From a virus (taxonomy: Duplodnaviria; Heunggongvirae; Uroviricota; Caudoviricetes): a stretch of 55,556 nt of DNA. The notes under the pieces are model-generated. The model worked only from the letters and a program-made list of their open reading frames with translations. It made no database searches and had not been told where the DNA came from. This document shows, piece after piece, positions 1 to 8,425 of the stretch; within the stretch, counting starts at the first letter, position 1, and every line of letters begins with the position of its first letter. Both the position numbers and the translations under genes were made by a program. The stretch lies in the IMG/VR virus record IMGVR_UViG_3300023710_000192; one strand, 5' to 3'.

Positions 1-1038
1 TTAACCAACATACTGTAGATAAGCATTTTTTGTATCAACCTCTGCAACATCTACATATATTCGAGTAGTTTCCAATCGCTCATGCCCTAAAATTTTAGAT
101 ACTTTTTCTATTGGCATTCCTTTTTTTACACAATCAGTTGCAAATTTAGAACGCAATTTATGAGGAAAGATGTTTTCTACGCCACACTCAGATCCTAAAT
201 ATTTTAATCTTGATTCTATTGCGTGAATGCTAAATCTTCTTGGTTGTAAAGTATGTCTATCGTTTAAAAGAGTAACAAATAAAGCCGGGTTATTATCGGT
301 TCGAGTAGAAAGATATTTCTCTAATCTAACTTTAGTCCTACCATCAAAATATACAGTTCGATATTTGTTTCCTTTGCCGTGTACGATAATTGACTTATTA
401 ACAAAATTAACGTCATCTATATTAAGTTCAGTCATTTCACCGACACGAATACCAGACGCATAAAATAAATCAACTAATGCTATATCCCTATCAGTTTTAC
501 AGCACATTCGTATTCGTTCTAATTCTTCGTCTGTAATTATTTGTTTGACTTTCTTTTCACTTTTAATTTTTTGGAGTCCTTCTGCTGGATTTTCGCAGAT
601 ATACTTTTTTATACGACACCACGAAAAGAATGACGACATTATTCTTCTCATTCCATCAAGAGTGCTATTTGATACGTTTCTATTAGTTTTATAATCCCAT
701 AAATATTGTTGTAAATCATCCGTAACTATATCTTGTATGGGTTTATTGATTTCTAATAATACAGGACGTAATATATCCTCATAACGTTGGGTAGTTTTCG
801 TTGATTTACCGTCTAATTCTTTTGAAAGAGTAAAATTCTTTAAAATTTGCATATTAATATTGTCATTGTCAACAATAGTTAACTCATTATCAATTGATTT
901 GAGTTCTATATTAAACCTCATTAATTTCATATATAATACATCTTTTAGCTTAACAAGTTGCTCCCCTGATAATACAGTTGACATACTATTTACAACATCT
1001 AATACTATTTCTTCGTTTAAATTTCTACCAATAATCAT
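1..1038 (-). CDS. Tyrosine recombinase (XerD-like); candidate tail-fibre invertase
   Basis: Complete catalytic set: GIRVGE (R), GKGNKYR (K), HKLR (HxxR), LGHE (H), TRIY (Y). Start moved from 1083 to ATG 1038 behind SD GGAGG. Abuts the invertible cassette. Confidence 0.9.
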   Translation of the reverse strand: MIIGRNLNEEIVLDVVNSMSTVLSGEQLVKLKDVLYMKLMRFNIELKSIDNELTIVDNDNINMQILKNFTLSKELDGKSTKTTQRYEDILRPVLLEINKPIQDIVTDDLQQYLWDYKTNRNVSNSTLDGMRRIMSSFFSWCRIKKYICENPAEGLQKIKSEKKVKQIITDEELERIRMCCKTDRDIALVDLFYASGIRVGEMTELNIDDVNFVNKSIIVHGKGNKYRTVYFDGRTKVRLEKYLSTRTDNNPALFVTLLNDRHTLQPRRFSIHAIESRLKYLGSECGVENIFPHKLRSKFATDCVKKGMPIEKVSKILGHERLETTRIYVDVAEVDTKNAYLQYVG

Positions 1039-1170
1039 ATAAAATCCTCCATATAATTTATTTTTATACTCACAGAATAACATATATAATAATTACATTT
1101 TTACAAATTATATGAAGGATTTTAATTTATTTTTGGTGTTTTCTACGTATGTATTTAATTACAAGACTTA

Positions 1171-1182
1171 ACTAAACAGTAA
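1171..1182 (+). repeat. Inverted repeat, left copy (ACTAAACAGTAA); putative crossover site
   Basis: Exact reverse complement of 2006-2017. Encodes L-N-S in the same frame as the copy in the fibre gene and sits at the very start of the open cassette frame. Confidence 0.75.
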
Positions 1183-1507
1183 GATACCTACTTCCGAAAC
1201 TGAGTATAAGGTTACTGATGGATTAGTTATAAAAAAGTTTGGGAAAATTATAAATGTAGAATGTAACGGAGCTATTGTGTCAAATATTCTCGCACAAACA
1301 CTTCCAGCATCATATAGACCAGTTAGACAGTTATGGATTCCGGCATTTATGATTACTGGTGGAAACGATTACTGTGCTGGTTTGTCAATAAATACAGACG
1401 GAACATTCACGGCAATTTGGTATCCACCCGGAGGCCCGCATATAAATATGAATTCGACATACAATAGTCATATATTATTCTTAAATACCACGTATATAGT
1501 TGATTAA
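1172..1507 (+). other. Silent alternative tail-fibre C-terminal cassette (111 codons, no start or RBS)
   Basis: The frame is open from 1172, right after TAA at 1169-1171: LNSKIPTSETEYKVTDGLVIKKFGKIINVECNGAIVSNILAQTLPASYRP...YIVD. The LPxxYRP motif is typical of fibre-tip domains. Its stop overlaps the fibre stop on the palindrome TTAA at 1504-1507. Confidence 0.8.
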
Positions 1508-3282
1508 ATTTTAGCTAAGATTACGGATACTCCTTGCCCAGCACAATATGTTACACCATCTGCTGTTGCAATAAGTGAAACCGTATTATCATTATTAAGG
1601 TATATTGAACAGAACGCACCGCCAATTACATCTGTATATACATATTGTCCATAGTTTCTTACGATACGAACGGCAACAACAAATGTATTACCAGAAGTAA
1701 AACCAGTTGGGAGAGCTGTTTTGAGTTCCCCGCTTACAGTTGACGGCATTGGGCCTATTTCAAGCGTAGTAAAAGCTAATCCACTTAAACCAGCAACTTT
1801 TTCATTTAAGAAATCAAATTCTCTACATATATCAGTCCATCTACTATTATTAGATGTGATAGTTTCTCCGGTATTAATACTGGTTGTTGTTTTATATAAT
1901 TGAGATGTTGATGTTTCCCAAAAATAATTATATTGATTATAACTATTTTGAGAAGGGGAGTTTAATTTTTCGTTTCTTCCTGAGACAATAGAATGATTAA
2001 TCTTATTACTGTTTAGTGCAGAGTATGCTCTTGCAACACTACCATTAGTTGCAAATGTTGTATTGTCTGGGCAACTGCCAGCATCATAACTTGTGCCGGT
2101 TGTAGTATTTGTGTCTTTGTAGTATGGAATACCACTTATAATAGGGCAAGCAGTATATCCCGAACTTGATGTTACAGTTGAACCATTCTTTATAAGTCCA
2201 GTTGTTCCATTTGCTCCAACTAAAGAATATGTTGTATCTGTAAATAGTGCATCACTAGGCACAGATTTTCCAATTGTATATGAAATTGCAGTTGGAACGC
2301 CATTAGCTGTAAAATAAACTGGTTTATTAGTATCACCAATTTTAGACGTATTTGTTAATTTTTCTGCACTTGTTGCCGCACCACCAGCAGTTGAAGCACC
2401 TGCATATTTTGTGTCACCCGCAAGGGCGGTTGTTGATGTAGTACCTATAGTAAGGTTTGAAGTACCGGCTCCAATATTAGCCCTAGCATTAGATTGTTCT
2501 GTGGTTGTTAATCCCTGTGATGCTACCGTCGATACCGCTTTAAAGTTCCCTACATTACCCAAACCAACATCGGTTTTAGTCGTTCCATGTGGATTTGTAC
2601 CAGAACCCGGATGGGTATAAACCGTTGTTTCAGTTCCGTTTATTTTAATATTACCATTAGTTGAACTAGCTTCTGTTTTAGTTGCATCTGTTCTTGCGTG
2701 AGTAGATTGACTATGATCGTATGCGGTCTTACCTCTATCTCCTCTATAAGCGGTACTTGACGTTTCACCTAATGCGAGAGATGGACTTATTTCTACATAA
2801 GCAGTACCACTCCATCTATAAGTTAAATTAGTAGAAGTGTCTACATATATCTTACCTGTTTCGCCAGTAGTAGGAAAAGATGATTTACTTGAATATTCAA
2901 GTACGTCATCTACGTATGATGGTAATTGTGAGCTTGGAACTTTACCATTTGCATCTAGTTCAGCAAGTCCGCTATTAGCACCTTTTAAATTTGTACTGAG
3001 TTTTCCGTCAAGAGCAGTTTGAGTTGCAGTTGAAATTGGTTTATTAGCATCTGAAGTATTATCTACGTTTCCAAGCCCGACTTGTGACTTTGTTACATTA
3101 TGAGGATTGGACGTATTAGAAGTATGACTAGATATTGTCTGGTCAACAGCATTCATTTTTGTTTGTAAATCTGTCCCATTTGTCATTTCGACAGATTCAG
3201 AAGATGTAGCATATGAAATCGGATCTGACCAACCATCTGATGTTTTAACTCTTCGTTCTGCCTTTTGAAACGTTGTTGGCAT
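1504..3282 (-). CDS. Tail fibre / receptor-binding protein (592 aa) with exchangeable C-terminus
   Basis: Fibre repeats HNVTKSQVGLGNVDNTSD and TKTDVGLGNV, plus the LDANGKVPSSQLPSYVDDV motif. Thr/Ser/Gly-rich. SD AGGAG. Confidence 0.85.
   Translation of the reverse strand: MPTTFQKAERRVKTSDGWSDPISYATSSESVEMTNGTDLQTKMNAVDQTISSHTSNTSNPHNVTKSQVGLGNVDNTSDANKPISTATQTALDGKLSTNLKGANSGLAELDANGKVPSSQLPSYVDDVLEYSSKSSFPTTGETGKIYVDTSTNLTYRWSGTAYVEISPSLALGETSSTAYRGDRGKTAYDHSQSTHARTDATKTEASSTNGNIKINGTETTVYTHPGSGTNPHGTTKTDVGLGNVGNFKAVSTVASQGLTTTEQSNARANIGAGTSNLTIGTTSTTALAGDTKYAGASTAGGAATSAEKLTNTSKIGDTNKPVYFTANGVPTAISYTIGKSVPSDALFTDTTYSLVGANGTTGLIKNGSTVTSSSGYTACPIISGIPYYKDTNTTTGTSYDAGSCPDNTTFATNGSVARAYSALNSNKINHSIVSGRNEKLNSPSQNSYNQYNYFWETSTSQLYKTTTSINTGETITSNNSRWTDICREFDFLNEKVAGLSGLAFTTLEIGPMPSTVSGELKTALPTGFTSGNTFVVAVRIVRNYGQYVYTDVIGGAFCSIYLNNDNTVSLIATADGVTYCAGQGVSVILAKI
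2006..2017 (-). repeat. Inverted repeat, right copy (ACTAAACAGTAA on minus strand), inside the fibre gene at L423
   Basis: Minus strand reads gcACTAAACAGTAAtaag = A-L-N-S-N-K. Confidence 0.75.
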
Positions 3283-3299
3283 AATCTCAACTCCTTTCT

Positions 3300-3470
3300 T
3301 TATTCTGTTGTTATTATTTTAGTCCAAAAATCACCTGCTACTGCAGTGGAAGGAGCAGTAGTAGACATAGTTTCTTGAACAATACCAGTTGTTTTTGTGT
3401 CTATATAATCTTTGATATTTTCATCGTAAACACCTAAACCGTGTTCATCGAGATATTGTTTAGCTGCCAT
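3300..3470 (-). CDS. Small protein (56 aa), paralogous N-terminus to the two upstream genes; absent from the ORF track
   Basis: Translated by hand: MAAKQYLDEHGLGVYDENIKDYIDTKTTGIVQETMSTTAPSTAVAGDFWTKIITTE. SD AAGGAGG. Confidence 0.8.
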   Translation of the reverse strand: MAAKQYLDEHGLGVYDENIKDYIDTKTTGIVQETMSTTAPSTAVAGDFWTKIITTE

Positions 3471-3544
3471 ATTAATTTCCTCCTTTTGTTTATTTTCTTG
3501 TCAAGATGATTAATCTATGCGCTATCTTGACAAACTAATAAACT

Positions 3545-3574
3545 AAAAAAGGAGAGGTCGTTAAACCTCTCCTT
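3545..3574 (-). terminator. Rho-independent terminator
   Basis: AAGGAGAGG/CCTCTCCTT stem followed by a T run on the minus strand, just after the 445-aa gene. Confidence 0.75.
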
Positions 3575-3588
3575 GTGATTAGTAAATA

Positions 3589-4926
3589 TTATGAGAAGAG
3601 TGCATTAATTGAAGCGTCTGGGATAGCTTCAGTTGCAGCATCTGCATAAGCCTTTGCTCCGTAGATTGTTGAAGCAGAAGCAGCGTCTGAACTCGTACCA
3701 ATAACTTCTGACTTAGCAGTTGCGGCAGCACCTGAAGCATCATAGTCTGTTGAAGCAGTAAATGCTGCACTACCAAGACCATGTACTGATACATCTGTAC
3801 CATTAACAGCTACAGTACCGTCAGTAGAACCTTCTGCAACTGTTACGTTAACTGCTTTGTTAGCATCTGGTGTAAGTGCAGAACCATTAACCTTAACAGT
3901 TTCAATAGTATTTACATTTGCTCCATCATCAACATTTAATGCTGTAAGCAACTCAGACTTTGTAATATTATCTTCGAGATCTACACCAGCGATAGTAGTA
4001 GTCTTCTTAACGAATGATGTCTCATCGCCAACTTCTCTCCAACCTACAGTAGAGTTAACATAGATATACTCTTTTGCGTTGTCTGACATTACAACAGTGT
4101 CACCAGCCTCTGGACTAGTTATAACTCTAGCAATAGCCTCGGCATCTGTCTCACCTGTCTGACGAGTGATAACACCAACAAAGTGCATTGCACCTTCAAG
4201 GCCAGCGATTTCGCTTGCAACGAATGTAGCAACCTGAGCTGCACTTACAAGACCATCATCGGTAGATGACTCTGTAATTGCAGAAGTAGCAACGTCTGCA
4301 TTTGCAGCAGTTCCTAATGTGTCAAGAGTAGTATCAATCTCATCAATTGCATCCTGAACATTAGTAGCAGTAAAAGCAGAAGAAGTATTGTCGTATGATA
4401 CATCTGTAGCACTTCCTGTTGTTGCAAGTTTAGCAAGAGTAATATCAGAATCAGAGTTATTATCAACAACACCATCAGCCTCTGTAATACCAGCCTTAAG
4501 TGTTACTACACCGCTTGATACACTTGCGATAGTAGCTGAACCATCAAGCGCCTCAATGGCTTCTGTAATCTGCTCTGAAACCGAACCGCCTGCACCAATC
4601 TGACTATAGATGTCATCAAGTGCATCCTCTACGGATACTGCTGGATCCTGACCAGATGCTGCCTTATACTGTACATCTTCTGAAAGACCTGTTGCAGCCA
4701 CTTTAGCAAGTACAACGTCAGTGCCTGCTCCTTTTGCGATCACACCGTCTTCTTCTTTCATTGAACCAGTAAGTGTGATAATATCATTTGTCTTTGAGGC
4801 AAGAGTTACATCAGATGATGTGTCAAGTGTTCCTACCTTTGTGTTAATCTGGCTTCCAACCCATTCCTTAATTTTTCCATCATATGTTGTTAAGCCCGTG
4901 AGATTTAAATATTGTTTTGCTGCCAT
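3589..4926 (-). CDS. Acidic structural/fibre-like protein (445 aa) with internal repeat
   Basis: Two copies of a TLxxxxxExDGV...xxLAKxAxTGxxxDVxY repeat. Lies in the tail distal module. SD AGGAG. Confidence 0.6.
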   Translation of the reverse strand: MAAKQYLNLTGLTTYDGKIKEWVGSQINTKVGTLDTSSDVTLASKTNDIITLTGSMKEEDGVIAKGAGTDVVLAKVAATGLSEDVQYKAASGQDPAVSVEDALDDIYSQIGAGGSVSEQITEAIEALDGSATIASVSSGVVTLKAGITEADGVVDNNSDSDITLAKLATTGSATDVSYDNTSSAFTATNVQDAIDEIDTTLDTLGTAANADVATSAITESSTDDGLVSAAQVATFVASEIAGLEGAMHFVGVITRQTGETDAEAIARVITSPEAGDTVVMSDNAKEYIYVNSTVGWREVGDETSFVKKTTTIAGVDLEDNITKSELLTALNVDDGANVNTIETVKVNGSALTPDANKAVNVTVAEGSTDGTVAVNGTDVSVHGLGSAAFTASTDYDASGAAATAKSEVIGTSSDAASASTIYGAKAYADAATEAIPDASINALFS

Positions 4927-4989
4927 AATTATGACTCCTTTCTAAATAAAAATTTTTATTTTTTCATGCAGATATTTATTCTGCAAATT

Positions 4990-6021
4990 TTAACTAAATA
5001 AATTTTCAATATCTTCATCTGCAACTGAATCAATATCTGTTTCTTGTAATGCAGAATCTGCCAAATCTAAACTATTTTGAACCGCTTGTACAAGTTTAGC
5101 CTTAGTTACTGTGCCATCAACAAGTTTAGAACCATTTACCGCTACAATTGATGCTGAAATTACATTATTATTATCAATTACAAGTTGTATTTCCGTGGCT
5201 CCTTGAGCAGCAGTGTAAACATCAACCAAACTATTAGCTGGAATATAAATATGATCACTTGACGAATTAGCCAGAATTAAATCAATATATTTATCGCCAA
5301 CTTTTGCTCCAGCATATGGAACATCTGGAGTTGTAACTGTCTCAACGGTTCCGCTTTCCAAAAACATATCTTTTGGAATATCAATATCTGCCAATTTTTC
5401 AGCCGGAACTGGACTCTGTGCAGAGCCATTATCTCCCTGATATATTCCATAACGTTTACTATATACATCACCACTACCACCAGCAGTTTCGGTAATGTAT
5501 ACTGTCTTATCAGCAGAACTAATGGCAGTAATATCACCTTTTGTAGCAATTTCATCGTCAGCAGTAAAAGCTGAAGAATCAGCATTACTCGTATAATAGA
5601 AACCATCAAGCGTCATATTGATACGAGCGCCAACATACTTATCGCCAACTTTCTTTACCGTGTAAATCTGACCAGTTATACCGTTTTCACCACCATCGTT
5701 TACACCAGCAAAACTCATAGTGCCATCATTATGTTCAAACTTTGCACCGCCACCATCTGCCTCATTAAACACAAGTGCCTTGCCATTAGGCCCATTAACT
5801 ATCTTCTCAACATAATTGCTTAAATCTTGCTGAGGAATGTCAATTGAATATGCTGGTTGTGTAGAACTAGTAGGATTTTCTTCACGATAGAATTTCAAAA
5901 CAGTACCAGAAATACTAACTGTTTTTAACGCTTTGGCATCTTCTTCTGACATTACATTTTTTAAGAGACCATCATACAACGCAAGATTGTCTAGGTCTAT
6001 AAAATGTTTTGTTTCTGCCAT
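4990..6021 (-). CDS. Structural/fibre-like protein (343 aa)
   Basis: N-terminal HFIDLDNLALYD and C-terminal DEDIENLFS motifs shared with neighbours. SD AGGAGG. Confidence 0.55.
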   Translation of the reverse strand: MAETKHFIDLDNLALYDGLLKNVMSEEDAKALKTVSISGTVLKFYREENPTSSTQPAYSIDIPQQDLSNYVEKIVNGPNGKALVFNEADGGGAKFEHNDGTMSFAGVNDGGENGITGQIYTVKKVGDKYVGARINMTLDGFYYTSNADSSAFTADDEIATKGDITAISSADKTVYITETAGGSGDVYSKRYGIYQGDNGSAQSPVPAEKLADIDIPKDMFLESGTVETVTTPDVPYAGAKVGDKYIDLILANSSSDHIYIPANSLVDVYTAAQGATEIQLVIDNNNVISASIVAVNGSKLVDGTVTKAKLVQAVQNSLDLADSALQETDIDSVADEDIENLFS

Positions 6022-6055
6022 TTTCTTTCCTCCTTTTTAATAAATTTAAAAAAGA

Positions 6056-6547
6056 TTACCCATTGGTAATCTCTGTTTCAAAAAGTTTCTCAATATTCTC
6101 ATCGTCTTCAGGTTGAACATTTTCATCAATTGCATTTTCTACATCTTGCTGAGTAGCAATAGTGTCAACGACAACAGGTTTATCCGGTTCGAGACTATAT
6201 ACAGTAGACTCATCAGCAGTAATTCTTCGTATCTTTTTTATACCATCAATTGTCTGCACAATTGCAAGTATATAAGAAGAAGTAACAAACGTTGTTGAAT
6301 CTTCTGTGATTTGATGTTCGCCTTTAACCTGATAAATTCCGTCTTCCAAAGAACTAAGAATGACCTTTTCATCGAGTGTTCCTACTAATGTTGGTATACC
6401 GACAGTTTCCAATTCATTCTCTTTATTAACAAAGCCATACTGTGAAACATCTTGCATAAACACATAAGCAGGGTACTTAATTTTTCCAGATTCAATGGCG
6501 GCTATGGCATTCGCCTTTTTACCATGTGCAAAAGTAGGATTCTTCAT
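6056..6547 (-). CDS. Hypothetical tail-region protein (163 aa)
   Basis: ORF with SD AGGAG. Ends DENIEKLF, like its neighbours. Confidence 0.6.
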   Translation of the reverse strand: MKNPTFAHGKKANAIAAIESGKIKYPAYVFMQDVSQYGFVNKENELETVGIPTLVGTLDEKVILSSLEDGIYQVKGEHQITEDSTTFVTSSYILAIVQTIDGIKKIRRITADESTVYSLEPDKPVVVDTIATQQDVENAIDENVQPEDDENIEKLFETEITNG

Positions 6548-6568
6548 ACATCTTCTCCTTTCTTTGCA

Positions 6569-7336
6569 TTATAGTTCGGTAAACTCATAATTACTTTCGT
6601 TATCAGGAGTTTGCTCTAATTCATTATTTCCTTCTGATTCATTATTATTTTCAGAGGTATTTGATTCTTCAGAATTATTAGATTCCCCGGAACCGTTTCC
6701 CTCTTCATTGCTAGGAGTATAATCCAAGTCCACTATTCCATCATGATTATCGTCATCTAAATCCATATCTGTTGGAACAATTATTTCAACACCTTCTCCA
6801 AGTAGCGTATCTTCATGAACAATATATAATTTTTCAGTGTCTTCATCTATCTTTAAGTCGGTAGGGATTGTGTTCTCAAGATCAGAAATATCCATGCTAT
6901 TTCTTTTGATTATTTCTTCCATTGCTTGCATCTTTTCGTAGTCTGCAAAATCAACATATTCATTGGGTTTACTAATAGTGATATATGTAGAATTTGTACG
7001 TAACATATTTAATTCGTCATCGTCATCTGGATTTGGATTAACTAAAACCAACCACACTTTTACATTTCCGGCCACAGAAACGAAATTCCGGTCAATATCG
7101 AACTCGCAACGCAAAAAATCTTTGTAAAGCTCGTCCTCGACGGCTAGAGTGCGGCTATGTGAATTTTGGTTTGGATCGACATACCAAAGGGTAACAATGA
7201 ACTCTGAAAGCCCCATTCCTTCGTACTCTTTTGGCAATAAAAATTGTATTTTATCAACGAAATTTTCTTTCTGCATGATGGTCTTTTTAACAGTAGTGAT
7301 TAAGTTCTTATTTTCATCCATCATTATTGTGTACAT
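6569..7336 (-). CDS. Baseplate-associated hypothetical protein (255 aa) with acidic low-complexity tail
   Basis: SD AGGAGGAG. N-terminus looks like a beta-sandwich (BppU-like by eye); C-terminus is E/N/S-rich. Confidence 0.5.
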   Translation of the reverse strand: MYTIMMDENKNLITTVKKTIMQKENFVDKIQFLLPKEYEGMGLSEFIVTLWYVDPNQNSHSRTLAVEDELYKDFLRCEFDIDRNFVSVAGNVKVWLVLVNPNPDDDDELNMLRTNSTYITISKPNEYVDFADYEKMQAMEEIIKRNSMDISDLENTIPTDLKIDEDTEKLYIVHEDTLLGEGVEIIVPTDMDLDDDNHDGIVDLDYTPSNEEGNGSGESNNSEESNTSENNNESEGNNELEQTPDNESNYEFTEL

Positions 7337-7359
7337 GAAATTTCTCCTCCTTTCATTAA

Positions 7360-7911
7360 TTAATAAAATCTTGTCCAGAAATCATTTTGGTCTGCACTTC
7401 CGGGCGGGTTAGTAGTGGTTGTTACCCACTCATTTGCAAGTTCTCTTATTTGCTCCTGTGTTTCTAAATACTTCTGGTCAATATCTTCAAATTCATCAGA
7501 TTGTCTCTCGTAGTCTTGTTGCACAGGATTTTTATAAACTCGCATATAAAAGTTAGTGGTGTTTTTAATATCACCATCTTTTTCTAATTCAAAATTACAT
7601 TCATTTCTTCCATACATCATTGTCATTGTATTCTTAATAGGAAATGTAATTGTATTACCAGAAACACTTCCTCCAATAGCTGAAACTAATGTTGTATAGA
7701 AAGTCTTAGACGCTCGACTCATTTTTAGAGTTATTTTGTTAGCAGGATAATCAGATAAATTAAATGGTTCTCCTTGGTTATAAATATGAACATTTATAAC
7801 ACTAGGAAAACCATTGCTTTCATCGTCATCATATTGATTAGAATAAACTACTATAAGTCTTGAGTCTACGAGATCTAAGTTTATATCTTGTTCAGAAGGT
7901 GTATCGTACAT
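7360..7911 (-). CDS. BppU N-terminal-like baseplate upper protein
   Basis: Pattern VHIYNQGEPFNL...ITFPI..TMT...G...CNFEL......TTNF...V..NPV resembles BppU_N. Confidence 0.6.
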   Translation of the reverse strand: MYDTPSEQDINLDLVDSRLIVVYSNQYDDDESNGFPSVINVHIYNQGEPFNLSDYPANKITLKMSRASKTFYTTLVSAIGGSVSGNTITFPIKNTMTMMYGRNECNFELEKDGDIKNTTNFYMRVYKNPVQQDYERQSDEFEDIDQKYLETQEQIRELANEWVTTTTNPPGSADQNDFWTRFY

Positions 7912-7927
7912 GAGTACCTCCTTTCTG

Positions 7928-8368
7928 TTATTCTGTTATTACTTCTACCTCTGTTTCTTCAGGTTTTTCAATCATAAACTTAACACTCTGTAAGTCTTTA
8001 CCAGAGATTTCGTAATTAACCAAATCATTATAATTAATAGTTGAAACTGAAATCTCGTTAGTAATATTATTTAATTCCGTCAATTCTTTCTGAAAATCCT
8101 TTATATATTCGTCTTTAACCTGTCTATCAGTATTGCCATTTTCTAAAGTAATTTCAAAAGAATGCTCGTCGTCAGAATATTTATCTCTGATCTTCTTATC
8201 TGCTTCATCAATACGAACCGCAATATCATAAAGTTTATGGCGGTTTTCATCTATTACCCAAAGTATTGATAGCGGATAAGGCTTATCCGAATTTAAAATT
8301 CCGTCCTGTCGTTGTAATAAACCTAAAATTGCTCGTATTTCGTAGTTTGTTAATTTAATATTTTTCAT
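7928..8368 (-). CDS. Hypothetical protein (146 aa) downstream of the tail spike
   Basis: ORF with SD. Helical acidic protein of the kind often found after S74-bearing spikes. Confidence 0.55.
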   Translation of the reverse strand: MKNIKLTNYEIRAILGLLQRQDGILNSDKPYPLSILWVIDENRHKLYDIAVRIDEADKKIRDKYSDDEHSFEITLENGNTDRQVKDEYIKDFQKELTELNNITNEISVSTINYNDLVNYEISGKDLQSVKFMIEKPEETEVEVITE

Positions 8369-8397
8369 AATCCTTTTTTCTCCTTTTTATTAAAATA

Positions 8398-8425
8398 AAA
8401 TAGGAGAGTAGTTATTTACTCTCCT
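8398..8425 (-). terminator. Terminator hairpin, near-identical to 40981-41007
   Basis: GGAGAGTA/TACTCTCC stem followed by an A/T-rich tail. Overlaps the spike stop codon. Confidence 0.6.

Noticed and set aside
1277-1507. Stand-alone 76-aa gene starting at GTG 1277
   Set aside because: There is no SD, and the frame extends to 1172 where the inverted repeat lies. It is better explained as a silent fibre cassette.
1142-2918. 10-bp direct match TCTACGTATG at 1142 and 2909 as another recombination site
   Set aside because: It is short, in direct orientation and not at a cassette boundary; compatible with chance.
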